Assembly (NCBI GenBank): GCA_965219575.1
Contig: OZ244779.1
Coordinates: forward strand, 268,769-332,768
From: Candidatus Oxydemutatoraceae bacterium
GTDB lineage: Bacteria > Pseudomonadota > Gammaproteobacteria > Poriferisulfidales > Oxydemutatoraceae
Length of the DNA stretch: 64,000 nt
Reading direction: 5' to 3'
Part shown: positions 49,834 through 60,166 of the stretch, in pieces
Numbering within the stretch: the first letter of the stretch is position 1
Layout: the number at the start of each line of letters is the position of its first letter
The notes under the pieces: generated by a model
The model's input: the letters and a program-made list of their open reading frames with translations, nothing else
What the model was told of the DNA's origin: nothing
Database searches by the model: none
Made by a program: the position numbers and the translations under genes

Positions 49834-50943
49834 ATGAGGATAACTTTACAAAACAAACATCTTTTATCTATACTTTCTTCTGTTAGAGGGGTTGTTCCCT
49901 CTAGGCCGATTTTCCCGACACAGAGCATGGTTCTAATCTCTCCCTCGGATAAAGGGTGCTTTTTTTTTACGCAAGGACCCGAGGCGCAGATACGATGCTT
50001 TTCTGAACAGCTTTCAGTTGAGAAGCCCGAGAAAAAGCTCCTTTCTGTTTCAAAAATATTTGAAATATCTAGGAACTTTCCCGAGGATAGCATCGTTTCT
50101 ATGCTTTTTAAGGATAATTCTGTTTCGGTTTCGTGTGAGGGCGGAAAATATCAGCTAAAAGGCCTGCCTGCCGAGGAATTCCCGCTTATGGATCCACCCG
50201 ATGAAAAAGATGTTATTAAAATAGCGGAGCGAGACTTGAAATATCTATTGGAAAAAACCGACTTTTGTATGGCATCCCAAGATCCAAGGCATTACTTAAA
50301 CGGGTTGTTTTTTTCTTTGGATGAAGGGAAGTTGTGCGCCGTTGCAACCGATAGTCACAGACTTGCTTTGAGTAATCTGGAGGTATCTAGTCAAGGTGAT
50401 AGCGAAGGAATTCTACCGAGAGAGATTGTTTCGGAGATTAAAAGGCTTTTATCGGATACCAAAGATGTTGCCGAAGTCAGTATTAGCTCGCAAAAAATCG
50501 TTGTATCTCTTAAAGACATCCAAATTTCCGCAAAAGGGCTAAACGGGCAATTCCCCGATTATAAAAAGGTAATACCTAAAGAATTTTTGGTGGAAATCGT
50601 TCTGGATCGCCAAGAGTTTTTAAGCACGCTAAAACGCGCTTCTGCATTATCGGTATCTTCATCACTGGATGATGGTGCGCATTTAAGCTTAGCTTTTTCA
50701 AAGGAAGAATTATTGGTTAAAAGTAGCAATCCGGACGGTGAAGAAGCCAACGTAAAACAAAACATCGAATATACAGGAGATGATTTTGAAATTAGTTTCA
50801 ACTCCCGATATTTGCAGGATGTTATGAAAGTACTGGATACGGAGAAAATTCGCCTACAGATGCGAGATGCAAGTAGTGGAACAAAAATCATCGGCGAAGG
50901 GTCGAGTTCGGAAGAATATATCGTGATGCCCCTTCGTCTATAG
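49834..50943 (+). CDS. dnaN: DNA polymerase III beta clamp
   Basis: R.YLNG, ATDSHRLA, G.FPDY..VIP, FN..YL.D, VMPLRL. Confidence 0.95.
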   Translation: MRITLQNKHLLSILSSVRGVVPSRPIFPTQSMVLISPSDKGCFFFTQGPEAQIRCFSEQLSVEKPEKKLLSVSKIFEISRNFPEDSIVSMLFKDNSVSVSCEGGKYQLKGLPAEEFPLMDPPDEKDVIKIAERDLKYLLEKTDFCMASQDPRHYLNGLFFSLDEGKLCAVATDSHRLALSNLEVSSQGDSEGILPREIVSEIKRLLSDTKDVAEVSISSQKIVVSLKDIQISAKGLNGQFPDYKKVIPKEFLVEIVLDRQEFLSTLKRASALSVSSSLDDGAHLSLAFSKEELLVKSSNPDGEEANVKQNIEYTGDDFEISFNSRYLQDVMKVLDTEKIRLQMRDASSGTKIIGEGSSSEEYIVMPLRL

Positions 50944-50974
50944 ACTAAACAGGGAACAAACAAAGCCTAAATAT

Positions 50975-51269
50975 GGGACTGTTGAAAAAGTATTCCATAA
51001 AAGTTGTAGGGGCGGACTAGCATGTCCGCCCGAAACGTATCATGTTTGCACGATTAACGCGTTCACCCATTAATATTATGAAAACCATTATTTGTTGGCG
51101 CAAGCGGTTGGTGTTGTGCAGAACGATACTTAAGGGCAGACATCAGAGTTGCCGATTGACCTACCGGCTCAATCGGCGGCTTTATACTGCCCCTACGGCT
51201 TGGTGGTTATTATAAATTCACGGCGCAAGCGGTTACGGTTGAACGCTGACGATACTTTTTCAACAGCCC
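50975..51269. mobile_element. MITE (same TIR family)
   Basis: GGGACTGTTGAAAAAGTA...TACTTTTTCAACAGCCC, flanked by ATAT. Confidence 0.85.
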
Positions 51270-51278
51270 ATATACCAT

Positions 51279-51294
51279 TGTTTCCCGTGAAACA
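51279..51294. promoter_or_regulatory. parS site
   Basis: TGTTTCCCGTGAAACA, one mismatch to TGTTTCACGTGAAACA. Confidence 0.8.
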
Positions 51295-51333
51295 ATCAGC
51301 CCAAGCACGAAGTAAACCACCACAATACAACGT

Positions 51334-51349
51334 TGTTTCATGTGAAACA
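51334..51349. promoter_or_regulatory. parS site inside an 18-bp-arm palindrome (51323-51360)
   Basis: TGTTTCATGTGAAACA, one mismatch to consensus. Confidence 0.82.
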
Positions 51350-51381
51350 ACGTTGTATTGAGAATAAATTTCGGTCAGGCA

Positions 51382-52488
51382 ATGAATGTAGAGATAACAG
51401 CGTGGCTTACTGTCAGTCAGGCACCCGGGATAGGTGTCATAAAATTTCATAGACTTCTCGATCAAATTGGTTGCCCCGAAGACATCCTCAAAGCAAAAAC
51501 ATACGAATTAGAAAAAGCCGGTCTCGATGAAAAAACAATTCATTTCTTGAGAAATCCGCCCCCCGATGAAATAGACCCTAATCTTAAGTGGATGGAAACA
51601 CCAAGCCACACAATACGTACATTCCATTGTCGGCAATATCCCGAAGGAATTAAAGAACTAAAGGATGCCCCCCCGCTACTATACATTAAAGGAAATGAAG
51701 ACTTATTGAAAGAGCCTCAAATTGCCGTTGTCGGTTCTCGCCAACCGACACCGGGCGGACAGGCTAATGCCAAAGAGTTCTCGCAAGATATCGCAAAAGC
51801 AGGTATCTTGATTAACAGTGGAATGGCTCTCGGTATTGATACCATTGCCCATCAGACAGCTTTAACCTGTGGAAGTACGACGGTTGCGGTAATCGCCACC
51901 GGACCCGATAAAATTTATCCGGCGAAAAACAAGCAACTAGCCGAGCGTATTGCCGAGCAAGGCGTATTGGTATCCGAATTTCCTGTCGGAACGACACCTG
52001 TTCGTGCCAATTTCCCTCGCCGCAACCGCCTGATTAGCGCGTTATCGTTAGGCGTTGTCGTTATAGAAGCCGGTGTGCAGAGCGGTGCACTCATTACCGC
52101 AAGGTTGGCAGCGGAGCAAGGCAAGGATGTTTTTGCGGTGCCGGGTTCTATCCAAAATCCCAAAGCGCAAGGTTGCCACCGGTTGATTCAGCAAGGTGCC
52201 AAGTTAGTACAAAAAACCGAAGACATACTATTGGAATTACAACCTCAACTGGAACGGCATCTGCGAAAACGAGAAGTGGGTAAAACCTCAAGTAGCAATA
52301 ACGGTGGCGCAGCGATAAGCTATCACCACAGAGAGATATTGGAGGCCATGGGCTATGAGCCTATCGATGTAGATACACTTGCTCTACGATGCAATCTCTC
52401 GGCACAGGCTGTTTCCGTTGCACTACTCACGCTGGAGATAGAAAATTATGTCGGGGAAAATAACGGGATTTACACAAGGATAAGATAA
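51382..52488 (+). CDS. dprA: DNA-processing protein DprA
   Basis: AVVGSR, SGMALGID..AH, FPRRNRLIS, SGALITA, VFAVPGSI. Confidence 0.95.
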   Translation: MNVEITAWLTVSQAPGIGVIKFHRLLDQIGCPEDILKAKTYELEKAGLDEKTIHFLRNPPPDEIDPNLKWMETPSHTIRTFHCRQYPEGIKELKDAPPLLYIKGNEDLLKEPQIAVVGSRQPTPGGQANAKEFSQDIAKAGILINSGMALGIDTIAHQTALTCGSTTVAVIATGPDKIYPAKNKQLAERIAEQGVLVSEFPVGTTPVRANFPRRNRLISALSLGVVVIEAGVQSGALITARLAAEQGKDVFAVPGSIQNPKAQGCHRLIQQGAKLVQKTEDILLELQPQLERHLRKREVGKTSSSNNGGAAISYHHREILEAMGYEPIDVDTLALRCNLSAQAVSVALLTLEIENYVGENNGIYTRIR

Positions 52489-52689
52489 CCTAAATTTTGA
52501 CGAATATAGCGGACTTTAGCAACAAATAAATACAAATAGACGAAAAAATATAGGGTTAATTTCATCGGATCAATCTTTTGAGAACATGTCGCAACCACCT
52601 ATCTACATCATTAGCTTGAAGCAGACGCCGGAACGGAAACGGTATATACATCGCATACATCGGTAGGGCATTCTTAAAAGCGGAAAAAT

Positions 52690-53100
52690 TTAAGGTGCTA
52701 AAATACCCCCGTCATGCTTATAAGTTGATGCGTTAGAAAAATACTGGCCGCAATTAAACCCGTATACGGACTGCGAGACGGTGCGGTGTATTATTAAATA
52801 TCTGTTTCTAAAGTATCTTTGTCGGCTCAAGTTAAACGCGCTTTGAGAAGGTATCAAGGAACAAGCAGCAAGAGATGAGACATGCTTCGCCGTTGAAATA
52901 GGCGCATTACTCACCCCAGACCGAACATCGTGGTATAAAATCACACCCGAGCACTTTGCGGCAAATCCTTATATAGGTTCAATAGTGGGCGAGGATGGCC
53001 CGATTCCTATCAGCATAACCTCGTGCATAGCGTATCTGGTTAAGCGATCGGCAGCGATTAAATGGAAATGCGCAGCGATTGATCTCGCGCCGAAGGTAGG
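52690..53100 (-). pseudogene. Possible decayed comF remnant
   Basis: Broken minus-strand frames give RCAFP and PSQ...L..R fragments; comF often lies near DUF2244-coxB. Weak. Confidence 0.25.
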
Positions 53101-53339
53101 ACGCACGCCCGGATACCCGATACCCGGTTATGCGAGCAAAAACTTAGAAGTAGATCATATTCCTAGATATCTTCATTGCAAGGGAGATATCAATCTTTAT
53201 GTCCTAGTTGCCCCGTGCGTCAGGGCCGAACCGAAATACATGACATACTCCGCTCGGATGTCATAAACAAGGACCGGTTAGGGTTGTGGAAAAGCAGATT
53301 GTGTGTGTTATAATCGCCACTTAACATATAGAGAGTTAG

Positions 53340-53792
53340 GTGGCTAGATTTACTATTTATCAAAACCAATCTTTATCGAAGCGCGGTAATCAAATATTTT
53401 TCTTAACGATGCTTTGCGTTTCTTTTGCGATTGCGTTGGCTTTTGCTTGGCAAGGATTATGGATGATTATTCCTTTTGCCGGCATTGAAATGTTGGCCTT
53501 GGGACTCGGATTATATTGGTGTATGAACAAACTCTCTCGCGTTGAAACGATCACCGTATCCGATAAAGAGGTTTTACTCGATGTTCGGCAACAAAACCGC
53601 AAGCCATCAAGCCGTAGCTTTCCTAAAGCATGGACACGCGCAACTGTTCTCTCGCCGCAAACGATAACACAAAGACGACAATTATGGTTGAAAGGAAATA
53701 GGGCAAAAGTTGAAATAGGGTCATTCTTGGAGGACTGCGAAAAAGTTAAATTGGCAAGCGCAATCAACCAATCAATTCAGAACAGACCATAG
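53340..53792 (+). CDS. DUF2244 family membrane protein
   Basis: NQSLS, G.W.I.PFAG.E, VEIG.FL; precedes coxB. Confidence 0.82.
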   Translation: MARFTIYQNQSLSKRGNQIFFLTMLCVSFAIALAFAWQGLWMIIPFAGIEMLALGLGLYWCMNKLSRVETITVSDKEVLLDVRQQNRKPSSRSFPKAWTRATVLSPQTITQRRQLWLKGNRAKVEIGSFLEDCEKVKLASAINQSIQNRP

Positions 53793-53804
53793 AGAGGACC
53801 CTAA

Positions 53805-54605
53805 ATGACACAAAAAGTAATCACAATATTCCTAATCGTTTGCTGGGCATTTTTGCCGGCGAGCGTCTCGGCTGAATTACAGCCGTATAATATGACCGTC
53901 GGCGTAACCGACATCAGTTCCAAAGTCTTTGATTTGCATATGCTGATTTTTTGGATTTGTGTTGCCATCGGGGTCGTCGTATTCGGCGTGATGATCATTT
54001 CGATGATCAAGCACCGCAAGTCGGTAGGACATAAGGCAGCACAATTTCACGAGAGCACCACCGCAGAGATTATATGGACGCTGGTGCCGTTGGCGATACT
54101 CGTCGGGATGGCAATTCCGGCAACAAAAGTCCTGATAGAAATGGAGGATACTTCGGCAGCCGATTTAACGATTAAGATTACCGGTTATCAGTGGATGTGG
54201 CACTACGATTATTTGGACGAAAACTTGGCTTTCTATAGCCAACTTGCAACCCCACGCGAACAGGTTTACAACATGAAGAACAAGGGAGAAAATTATTTGC
54301 TCGAAGTGAACAACGAGCTCGTACTACCGGTGGGTAAAAAAGTACGTTTCTTGATTACTTCAAACGATGTTTTGCATGCCTGGTGGGTGCCCGACCTTGC
54401 CGTTAAGAAAGATGCCATCCCCGGTTTCATCAATGAATCTTGGGCTAAAATAGAAAAGCCCGGCGTGTATCGCGGTCAATGCGCAGAGTTGTGCGGGCGC
54501 GATCATGCGTTTATGCCGATTGTCGTGCGAGCGGTAGACGAAGATCAATACCGACAATGGATACAGGAACAGACTGCTGTGCCGCAACAGACCGCACAGC
54601 GATAA
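53805..54605 (+). CDS. coxB: Cytochrome c oxidase subunit II
   Basis: GYQW.W.Y, DVLHAW, CAELCGRDHAFM CuA motif. Confidence 0.96.
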   Translation: MTQKVITIFLIVCWAFLPASVSAELQPYNMTVGVTDISSKVFDLHMLIFWICVAIGVVVFGVMIISMIKHRKSVGHKAAQFHESTTAEIIWTLVPLAILVGMAIPATKVLIEMEDTSAADLTIKITGYQWMWHYDYLDENLAFYSQLATPREQVYNMKNKGENYLLEVNNELVLPVGKKVRFLITSNDVLHAWWVPDLAVKKDAIPGFINESWAKIEKPGVYRGQCAELCGRDHAFMPIVVRAVDEDQYRQWIQEQTAVPQQTAQR

Positions 54606-54636
54606 GCCAACTACAGTAAAACAGGAGTTTATAGAT

Positions 54637-56211
54637 ATGAGTACACTAACAGCCGACGCCCACCACCACGCCGAACCCGACTCGGGCATCAAACGCTGGC
54701 TTTTTACGACAAACCACAAAGACATCGGTACTTTGTATTTGTGGTTTGCGATGATTATGTTCTTCATCGGCGGCGCAATGGCAATGATTATACGCGCCGA
54801 GTTATTCGAACCGGGCTTGCAGGTCGTAGACCCACAATTTTTTAATTCTATGACTACGATGCACGCACTGGTTATGATTTTCGGTGTCGTGATGCCGGCG
54901 TTCACCGGTCTGGCGAACTGGTTGATTCCAATGATGATCGGCGGCACTGATATGGCACTGCCGAGATTGAACAACTGGAGCTTTTGGATTTTGCCGTTTG
55001 CGTTTTCGATGTTGCTCGCCACCCTATTCGTGCCGGGAGGCGCACCGGCCGGCGGCTGGACGCTCTATCCGCCGCTCACCTTGCAAACCGGAACGGCACT
55101 GCCTTTAGTCATCTTTGCGATACACCTTATGGGGATGTCTTCGATTATGGGTGCAATCAATGTAATCGCAACGATTTTGAATATGCGCGCGCCGGGCATG
55201 ACGCTGATGAAAATGCCGTTGTTCGTGTGGACCTGGATGATTACCGCGTATTTATTGATTGCGGTGATGCCGGTTTTGGCTGGTGGGGTTACCATGTTGC
55301 TGACCGATAAATTCTTCGGCACCAGCTTCTTTAATGCTGCCGGCGGTGGCGACCCGGTAATGTTTCAGCATATATTCTGGTTTTTCGGACACCCCGAAGT
55401 TTATATTTTGATTTTACCGTCGTTCGGTGTTATTTCGAGTATCCTGCCGACTTTTGCCAGAAAGCCTCTGTTCGGTTATAGTTCAATGGTTTATGCAACG
55501 GCATCGATCGCATTTCTGTCGTTTATTGTTTGGGCGCATCACATGTTCACCGTCGGGATGCCGCTCGCCGGACAACTATTCTTTATGCTGTCTACGATGC
55601 TTATCGCAATACCGACCGGAGTAAAAATTTTCAATTGGATGGCAACCATGTGGCGCGGTGCGATGACGTTCGAGACACCGATGCTGTTTGCGATAGGCTT
55701 CATCGTGATGTTCACGATCGGAGGATTCTCGGGATTGATGCTGGCAATAACGCCTGCCGATTATCAATATCACGACACCTATTTCGTCGTTGCACATTTC
55801 CATTATGTGTTGGTTCCCGGGTCGATCTTTGCGATTATGGCGGCGGTTTATTACTGGTTGCCGAAATGGACCGGACACATGTATAACGAGACACTCGGCA
55901 AGTGGCATTTTTGGTTGTCGACGATCTCTGTCAACTTGACATTTTTCCCGATGCACTTCGTCGGTCTTGCCGGCATGCCGCGTCGTATACCCGATTATAA
56001 CTTGCAATTTGCCGATTATAATATGCTTGCAAGCATCGGCGCATTCGGCTTTGGTTTGGCGCAGATACTGTTCCTATATATTGTGATTGCAACGATACGC
56101 GCCGGTAAGAAAGCAACGAACGAGGTTTGGGAAGGTGCCGAAGGACTCGAATGGACGCTGGCATCGCCGCCGCCGTACCACTCGTTTACCACCCCACCCG
56201 TTGTTAAATAG
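54637..56211 (+). CDS. coxA: Cytochrome c oxidase subunit I
   Basis: TNHKDIG, WFFGHPEVY, WAHHMF, VAHFHY. Confidence 0.98.
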   Translation: MSTLTADAHHHAEPDSGIKRWLFTTNHKDIGTLYLWFAMIMFFIGGAMAMIIRAELFEPGLQVVDPQFFNSMTTMHALVMIFGVVMPAFTGLANWLIPMMIGGTDMALPRLNNWSFWILPFAFSMLLATLFVPGGAPAGGWTLYPPLTLQTGTALPLVIFAIHLMGMSSIMGAINVIATILNMRAPGMTLMKMPLFVWTWMITAYLLIAVMPVLAGGVTMLLTDKFFGTSFFNAAGGGDPVMFQHIFWFFGHPEVYILILPSFGVISSILPTFARKPLFGYSSMVYATASIAFLSFIVWAHHMFTVGMPLAGQLFFMLSTMLIAIPTGVKIFNWMATMWRGAMTFETPMLFAIGFIVMFTIGGFSGLMLAITPADYQYHDTYFVVAHFHYVLVPGSIFAIMAAVYYWLPKWTGHMYNETLGKWHFWLSTISVNLTFFPMHFVGLAGMPRRIPDYNLQFADYNMLASIGAFGFGLAQILFLYIVIATIRAGKKATNEVWEGAEGLEWTLASPPPYHSFTTPPVVK

Positions 56212-56219
56212 TTTTGCCG

Positions 56220-56318
56220 GTGTCCAAGAGAGCGAATGCCAAGCTGACTGCGATTACCTTTGCATTGATAGCGGTGGCCATTTATATCGGTTTTTATTTC
56301 ATAGTGGCATCTCGATAG
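56220..56318 (+). CDS. Small single-TM protein, probable oxidase assembly factor (not in ORF track)
   Basis: Manual translation from GTG: MSKRANAKLTAITFALIAVAIYIGFYFIVASR; stop abuts the ctaG ATG. Confidence 0.65.
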   Translation: MSKRANAKLTAITFALIAVAIYIGFYFIVASR

Positions 56319-56882
56319 ATGAAGCAGAAGACTAAAAATAACATTGTCGGCTGGAAGCTCGCACTGGTTGCCGTTGCGATGTTCGGTTTCGGTTATCTGA
56401 TGGTGCCGCTATACGATGTTTTTTGTGAGTTGACCGGGCTGAACGGAAAGGTTGGACGCACCGAGCTGGCAGAAATAAAACCGATGACAGTCGATGCCTC
56501 GCGTGAGGTCACGATTGAGTTTGTTGCCAATAGAAATCAATCGATGAATTGGCACTTCGAACCGAATGTTAGCAAGCTCGTGGCGCACCCGGGCAAAGCC
56601 TATAGCACCCACTACAAGGTTAAAAACTTGAGCGGAATCGACATGATCGGACAAGCTGTGCCGAGCATTTCACCGGTTGCGGCAGCATCGTATTTTAAGA
56701 AAATAGAATGTTTTTGTTTTGATAAGCAGACACTGCGTGCCGGTGAGACGCGCGATATGGAAGTGCGTTTTGTAATCGCACCTGATCTGCCCAAAAACTT
56801 GGCAACGATTTCACTCTCTTATACATTTTTTGATGTAAGTGAGCAGGCGGCGCGCCCCAAGGACCCCGAGACAGACACTTAA
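56319..56882 (+). CDS. ctaG: Cytochrome c oxidase assembly protein CtaG/Cox11
   Basis: VPLYDVFC..TG.NG, YF.KIECFCF. Confidence 0.94.
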   Translation: MKQKTKNNIVGWKLALVAVAMFGFGYLMVPLYDVFCELTGLNGKVGRTELAEIKPMTVDASREVTIEFVANRNQSMNWHFEPNVSKLVAHPGKAYSTHYKVKNLSGIDMIGQAVPSISPVAAASYFKKIECFCFDKQTLRAGETRDMEVRFVIAPDLPKNLATISLSYTFFDVSEQAARPKDPETDT

Positions 56883-56903
56883 GCAGAGAATAGGGAGACA
56901 CTT

Positions 56904-57773
56904 ATGAGCACACAAACAGCGTATTATGTTCCACACGGTAGCCACTGGCCGATTGTCGGGTCGATTGCTTTGGCAAGTCTTTTTATCGGCGTATCGGCAT
57001 TTCTCAACGAAAGTGATATCGGGTTGCCGCTGATGGGGTTGGGGACGGCAATGCTCTTGATCATGCTGTTCGGTTGGTTCGGCACGGTGGTAAAAGAAAG
57101 CGAATCGGGCACCTATAACGATCAGGTAGACCTCTCGTTTCGCTGGGGAATGATGTGGTTTATCTTCTCCGAGGTGATGTTTTTCGCGGCTTTTTTCGGT
57201 GCCTTGTTCTATGCGCGGATGTTCTCGTTGCCGTGGTTGGGTGGTGAGGCGACCGGAGCTGCGACCAACTTTTATCTATGGCCGGCGTTTGAAGCACTAT
57301 GGCCTATGGCAGCGAACGGACCGGCGAGTATCGGCGGTGGGTTTCAGACTATAGGGGCATGGGGAATTCCGGCATTGAACACGCTGATCTTGCTAACCAG
57401 CGGTGCGACGGTTACCTGGGCGCATCACGGCTTAAAAACAAACAACCGCAGAGTCCTGATTTGGGGTTTATTTTTGACCGTTGCGTTGGGCTTCATTTTT
57501 GTCGGCTTTCAGGCATACGAATATTTACATGCGTATAACGATTTGAACCTAACCCTCAAATCGGGCATTTATGGTTCTACTTTCTTTATGCTGACCGGCT
57601 TTCACGGTTTGCATGTTACCTTGGGTGCGATCATCTTGTTGGTCATATTGATGCGCAGTATTTCCGGACATTTCACATCGCAAAAGCATTTCGCTTTTGA
57701 GGCTGCCGCATGGTATTGGCACTTCGTCGATGTGGTTTGGCTGGGTCTATTTGTTTTTGTTTATTGGGTTTAG
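56904..57773 (+). CDS. coxC: Cytochrome c oxidase subunit III
   Basis: FIFSEVMFF, TGFHGLHV, WYWHFVDVVW. Confidence 0.96.
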   Translation: MSTQTAYYVPHGSHWPIVGSIALASLFIGVSAFLNESDIGLPLMGLGTAMLLIMLFGWFGTVVKESESGTYNDQVDLSFRWGMMWFIFSEVMFFAAFFGALFYARMFSLPWLGGEATGAATNFYLWPAFEALWPMAANGPASIGGGFQTIGAWGIPALNTLILLTSGATVTWAHHGLKTNNRRVLIWGLFLTVALGFIFVGFQAYEYLHAYNDLNLTLKSGIYGSTFFMLTGFHGLHVTLGAIILLVILMRSISGHFTSQKHFAFEAAAWYWHFVDVVWLGLFVFVYWV

Positions 57774-57838
57774 CGACAAAACGGCAAAAGTTCGCTTTTG
57801 TTTTTACTATACTACTGGTTTTTCATAAATTTTGAAGT

Positions 57839-58297
57839 TCATTTTTCTTTTGCGATATCTAAAAAAACATCCCAGTTTTCTCTATAAGAATCAAGAAGGC
57901 TAACTGATTTTGTTTCACCCCAATCAGAGATATCGTGTACGGGAATAATATAGCAGTCGCCATTATCGCTATCTACGCCAACCAATATATCACAATCATC
58001 AATGGTGTACTTATAATCTCTTTTCTCCATATCCTTATCAAATTGTTTGCCACTGCGAAATCCTCCCATGAAACTAAATGTGCCGCCCTTGCGAATGCCT
58101 TTTATCTGTATCCGCAATAGTTTCTTTTGACCACCTAAATCAACCACCGCATCATATTTAGCATTGGTAACATCCACTCGTGAACAGGGAAAACCTGCCT
58201 TAATAATACGCCCAACGCCGATTAACTCATTAGCATTGCCGTTCATAGTTCTAAATATCCCAACTTCGATCTTGGTTAAATTTTCAGCCCAATCCAT
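57839..58297 (-). CDS. PD-(D/E)XK endonuclease, putative restriction enzyme
   Basis: G...E, YD.VVD and RIQIK motifs; overlaps the end of the methyltransferase gene. Confidence 0.7.
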   Translation of the reverse strand: MDWAENLTKIEVGIFRTMNGNANELIGVGRIIKAGFPCSRVDVTNAKYDAVVDLGGQKKLLRIQIKGIRKGGTFSFMGGFRSGKQFDKDMEKRDYKYTIDDCDILVGVDSDNGDCYIIPVHDISDWGETKSVSLLDSYRENWDVFLDIAKEK

Positions 58298-59109
58298 TGC
58301 TTAGTCCTTTTTCGCGAGAGGGCAACATATTCGGGATTGATTTCAAACCCGATATAACGCCGATCATGTTTTGCAGCGGCCACCGCCGTAGTACCACTTC
58401 CCATAAATGGGTCTAATACAACATCTCCTTTTTTAGAAGTTGTGAGTATCAACCTTTCGATCATTTCAACGGGGAATGACGCTTTATGCTCTTTGAACGG
58501 CTTGACATTCTGATTAAAAATATCACGATGAAAGTCCATTGCTTTTGCGCTTTCATAATCAAAAAAATACTTTGGGCTTTTCACAAAATGGAAAATATGC
58601 TCATAGCGAGGTAAGCGTCTGTCTTTTGAGAATGAAGGAATTGCGTTGGGCTTGTGCCAAATAATATCATTACGAAGTAACCATCCTTGCTCTTGCATCC
58701 CTATGGCCACCCGAGACGGAAGCATAAGTAGCTGTTTATATTGTAAAACCTTGCCGTCTTGCTTGCATATTTTATGTTCCTTATAGTGAGTGTCGGTGGA
58801 ACGCATATACTTACCGGTATTCCTAGAAAAGCCTTTTGTGCCAAAGTAAATGTCGCCGATATTTAGATAAAAAGAACCGGTGGGAGAGAGTGCTTGCCTT
58901 ATCAAAGGAGTAAATTTTAAGAAAGTATCTACATAATTTAAAGGGTTATCCTCTCTGCCGATAGTCTCGTTGCCGTATTCCCGACATCCGAAATAAGGTG
59001 GTGATGTAATAATTAGATCAACAGAGTTTGCATCTAGTTCTTTTAATAACTTCATTGAATCTCCGAGAGCTATTTTGTCGATGAATTTTTTATTTTTCAC
59101 TTCCGGCAA
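58276..59109 (-). CDS. Beta-class DNA methyltransferase (N4-C/N6-A)
   Basis: TSPPY before DPFMGSGTT; H.A.FP. Confidence 0.92.
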   Translation of the reverse strand: MPEVKNKKFIDKIALGDSMKLLKELDANSVDLIITSPPYFGCREYGNETIGREDNPLNYVDTFLKFTPLIRQALSPTGSFYLNIGDIYFGTKGFSRNTGKYMRSTDTHYKEHKICKQDGKVLQYKQLLMLPSRVAIGMQEQGWLLRNDIIWHKPNAIPSFSKDRRLPRYEHIFHFVKSPKYFFDYESAKAMDFHRDIFNQNVKPFKEHKASFPVEMIERLILTTSKKGDVVLDPFMGSGTTAVAAAKHDRRYIGFEINPEYVALSRKRTKQWIGLKI

Positions 59110-59287
59110 ATCAAATAGATTAAGATTTTTGCGACGCTTTTTTCATATTCAAAACTTCCCATGTGGGAATAATAACATATCATAAAACTCTGTGCAGAAT
59201 GGTATATAATTCATAGTGATATGCTAAAAGATCACACGAAAACATGGAAGTTAAATATATAATTCCCCAAATCAGCACATTAATACG

Positions 59288-60166
59288 ATGAGAACAGAAA
59301 CCAGAAAATTCGGTGGAGGTAGTCGTATCGGGCACGATGCCTCGGCTTTTTACAACAGCAGAAAATATCGCCAACACACACCGCCGGGAAACGGCAAACT
59401 GCCTACTAAAGAGCGGATAATTAAACGCACGGAAAGAGACAAGATTTATCATAAATCGAGCGAAAATATGAATGAGTTGCCCGATAACAGCATACACCTG
59501 ATGGTCACTTCACCTCCGTACAATGTCGGCAAGGAGTACGACGACGATTTAACGACCGACGAATATCTGGGAATGTTGCACCGGGTATGGCAAGAGGTCT
59601 ATCGCGTATTGGTTGACGGTGGCAGAGCGTGTATCAATATCGCAAATGTAGGTAGAAAACCTTATATTCCGCTGAGTGCATTCATTACTTCGAAAATGCT
59701 CAGCATTGGTTTTCTGATGCGTGGAGAGATTATCTGGGACAAGCAGTCGTCGGCCGGAACTTCGTGTGCTTGGGGTAGCTGGCAGTCGCCGTCCAACCCG
59801 GTATTGCGCGACACCCACGAGTATATACTTGTCTTTTGTAAAAACTCGTTCAAAAGACCGAAACCGCTTCAAGTTACAAAGACACCGACAATAAGCAAAG
59901 CACAATTCCTTGAATATACCAAAAGCGTTTGGCACTTCAATGCTGAAAGTGCAAGGAAAGTACGGCATCCAGCCCCCTTTCCCATAGAGCTTCCTTATCG
60001 CTTCATACAGTTATTCACATACAAAAATGATGTTGTCTTGGATCCGTTTATCGGCAGCGGCACAACGGCGATAGCTGCCAAAAAAAGCAACAGGGTTTTT
60101 ATAGGGTATGAAACGAATAAGGAATATATCAAAATTTGCAAGGACAGATTAGCCGGTGAACAATAG
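59288..60166 (+). CDS. Second beta-class DNA methyltransferase
   Basis: TSPPY, HPAPFP, DPFIGSGTT. Confidence 0.92.
   Translation: MRTETRKFGGGSRIGHDASAFYNSRKYRQHTPPGNGKLPTKERIIKRTERDKIYHKSSENMNELPDNSIHLMVTSPPYNVGKEYDDDLTTDEYLGMLHRVWQEVYRVLVDGGRACINIANVGRKPYIPLSAFITSKMLSIGFLMRGEIIWDKQSSAGTSCAWGSWQSPSNPVLRDTHEYILVFCKNSFKRPKPLQVTKTPTISKAQFLEYTKSVWHFNAESARKVRHPAPFPIELPYRFIQLFTYKNDVVLDPFIGSGTTAIAAKKSNRVFIGYETNKEYIKICKDRLAGEQ

Noticed and set aside
59110-59146. Phase-variable A-tract upstream of the first methyltransferase (an ATG one base out of frame across A6)
   Set aside because: A six-base run is too short to argue for phase variation, and in-frame starts exist downstream
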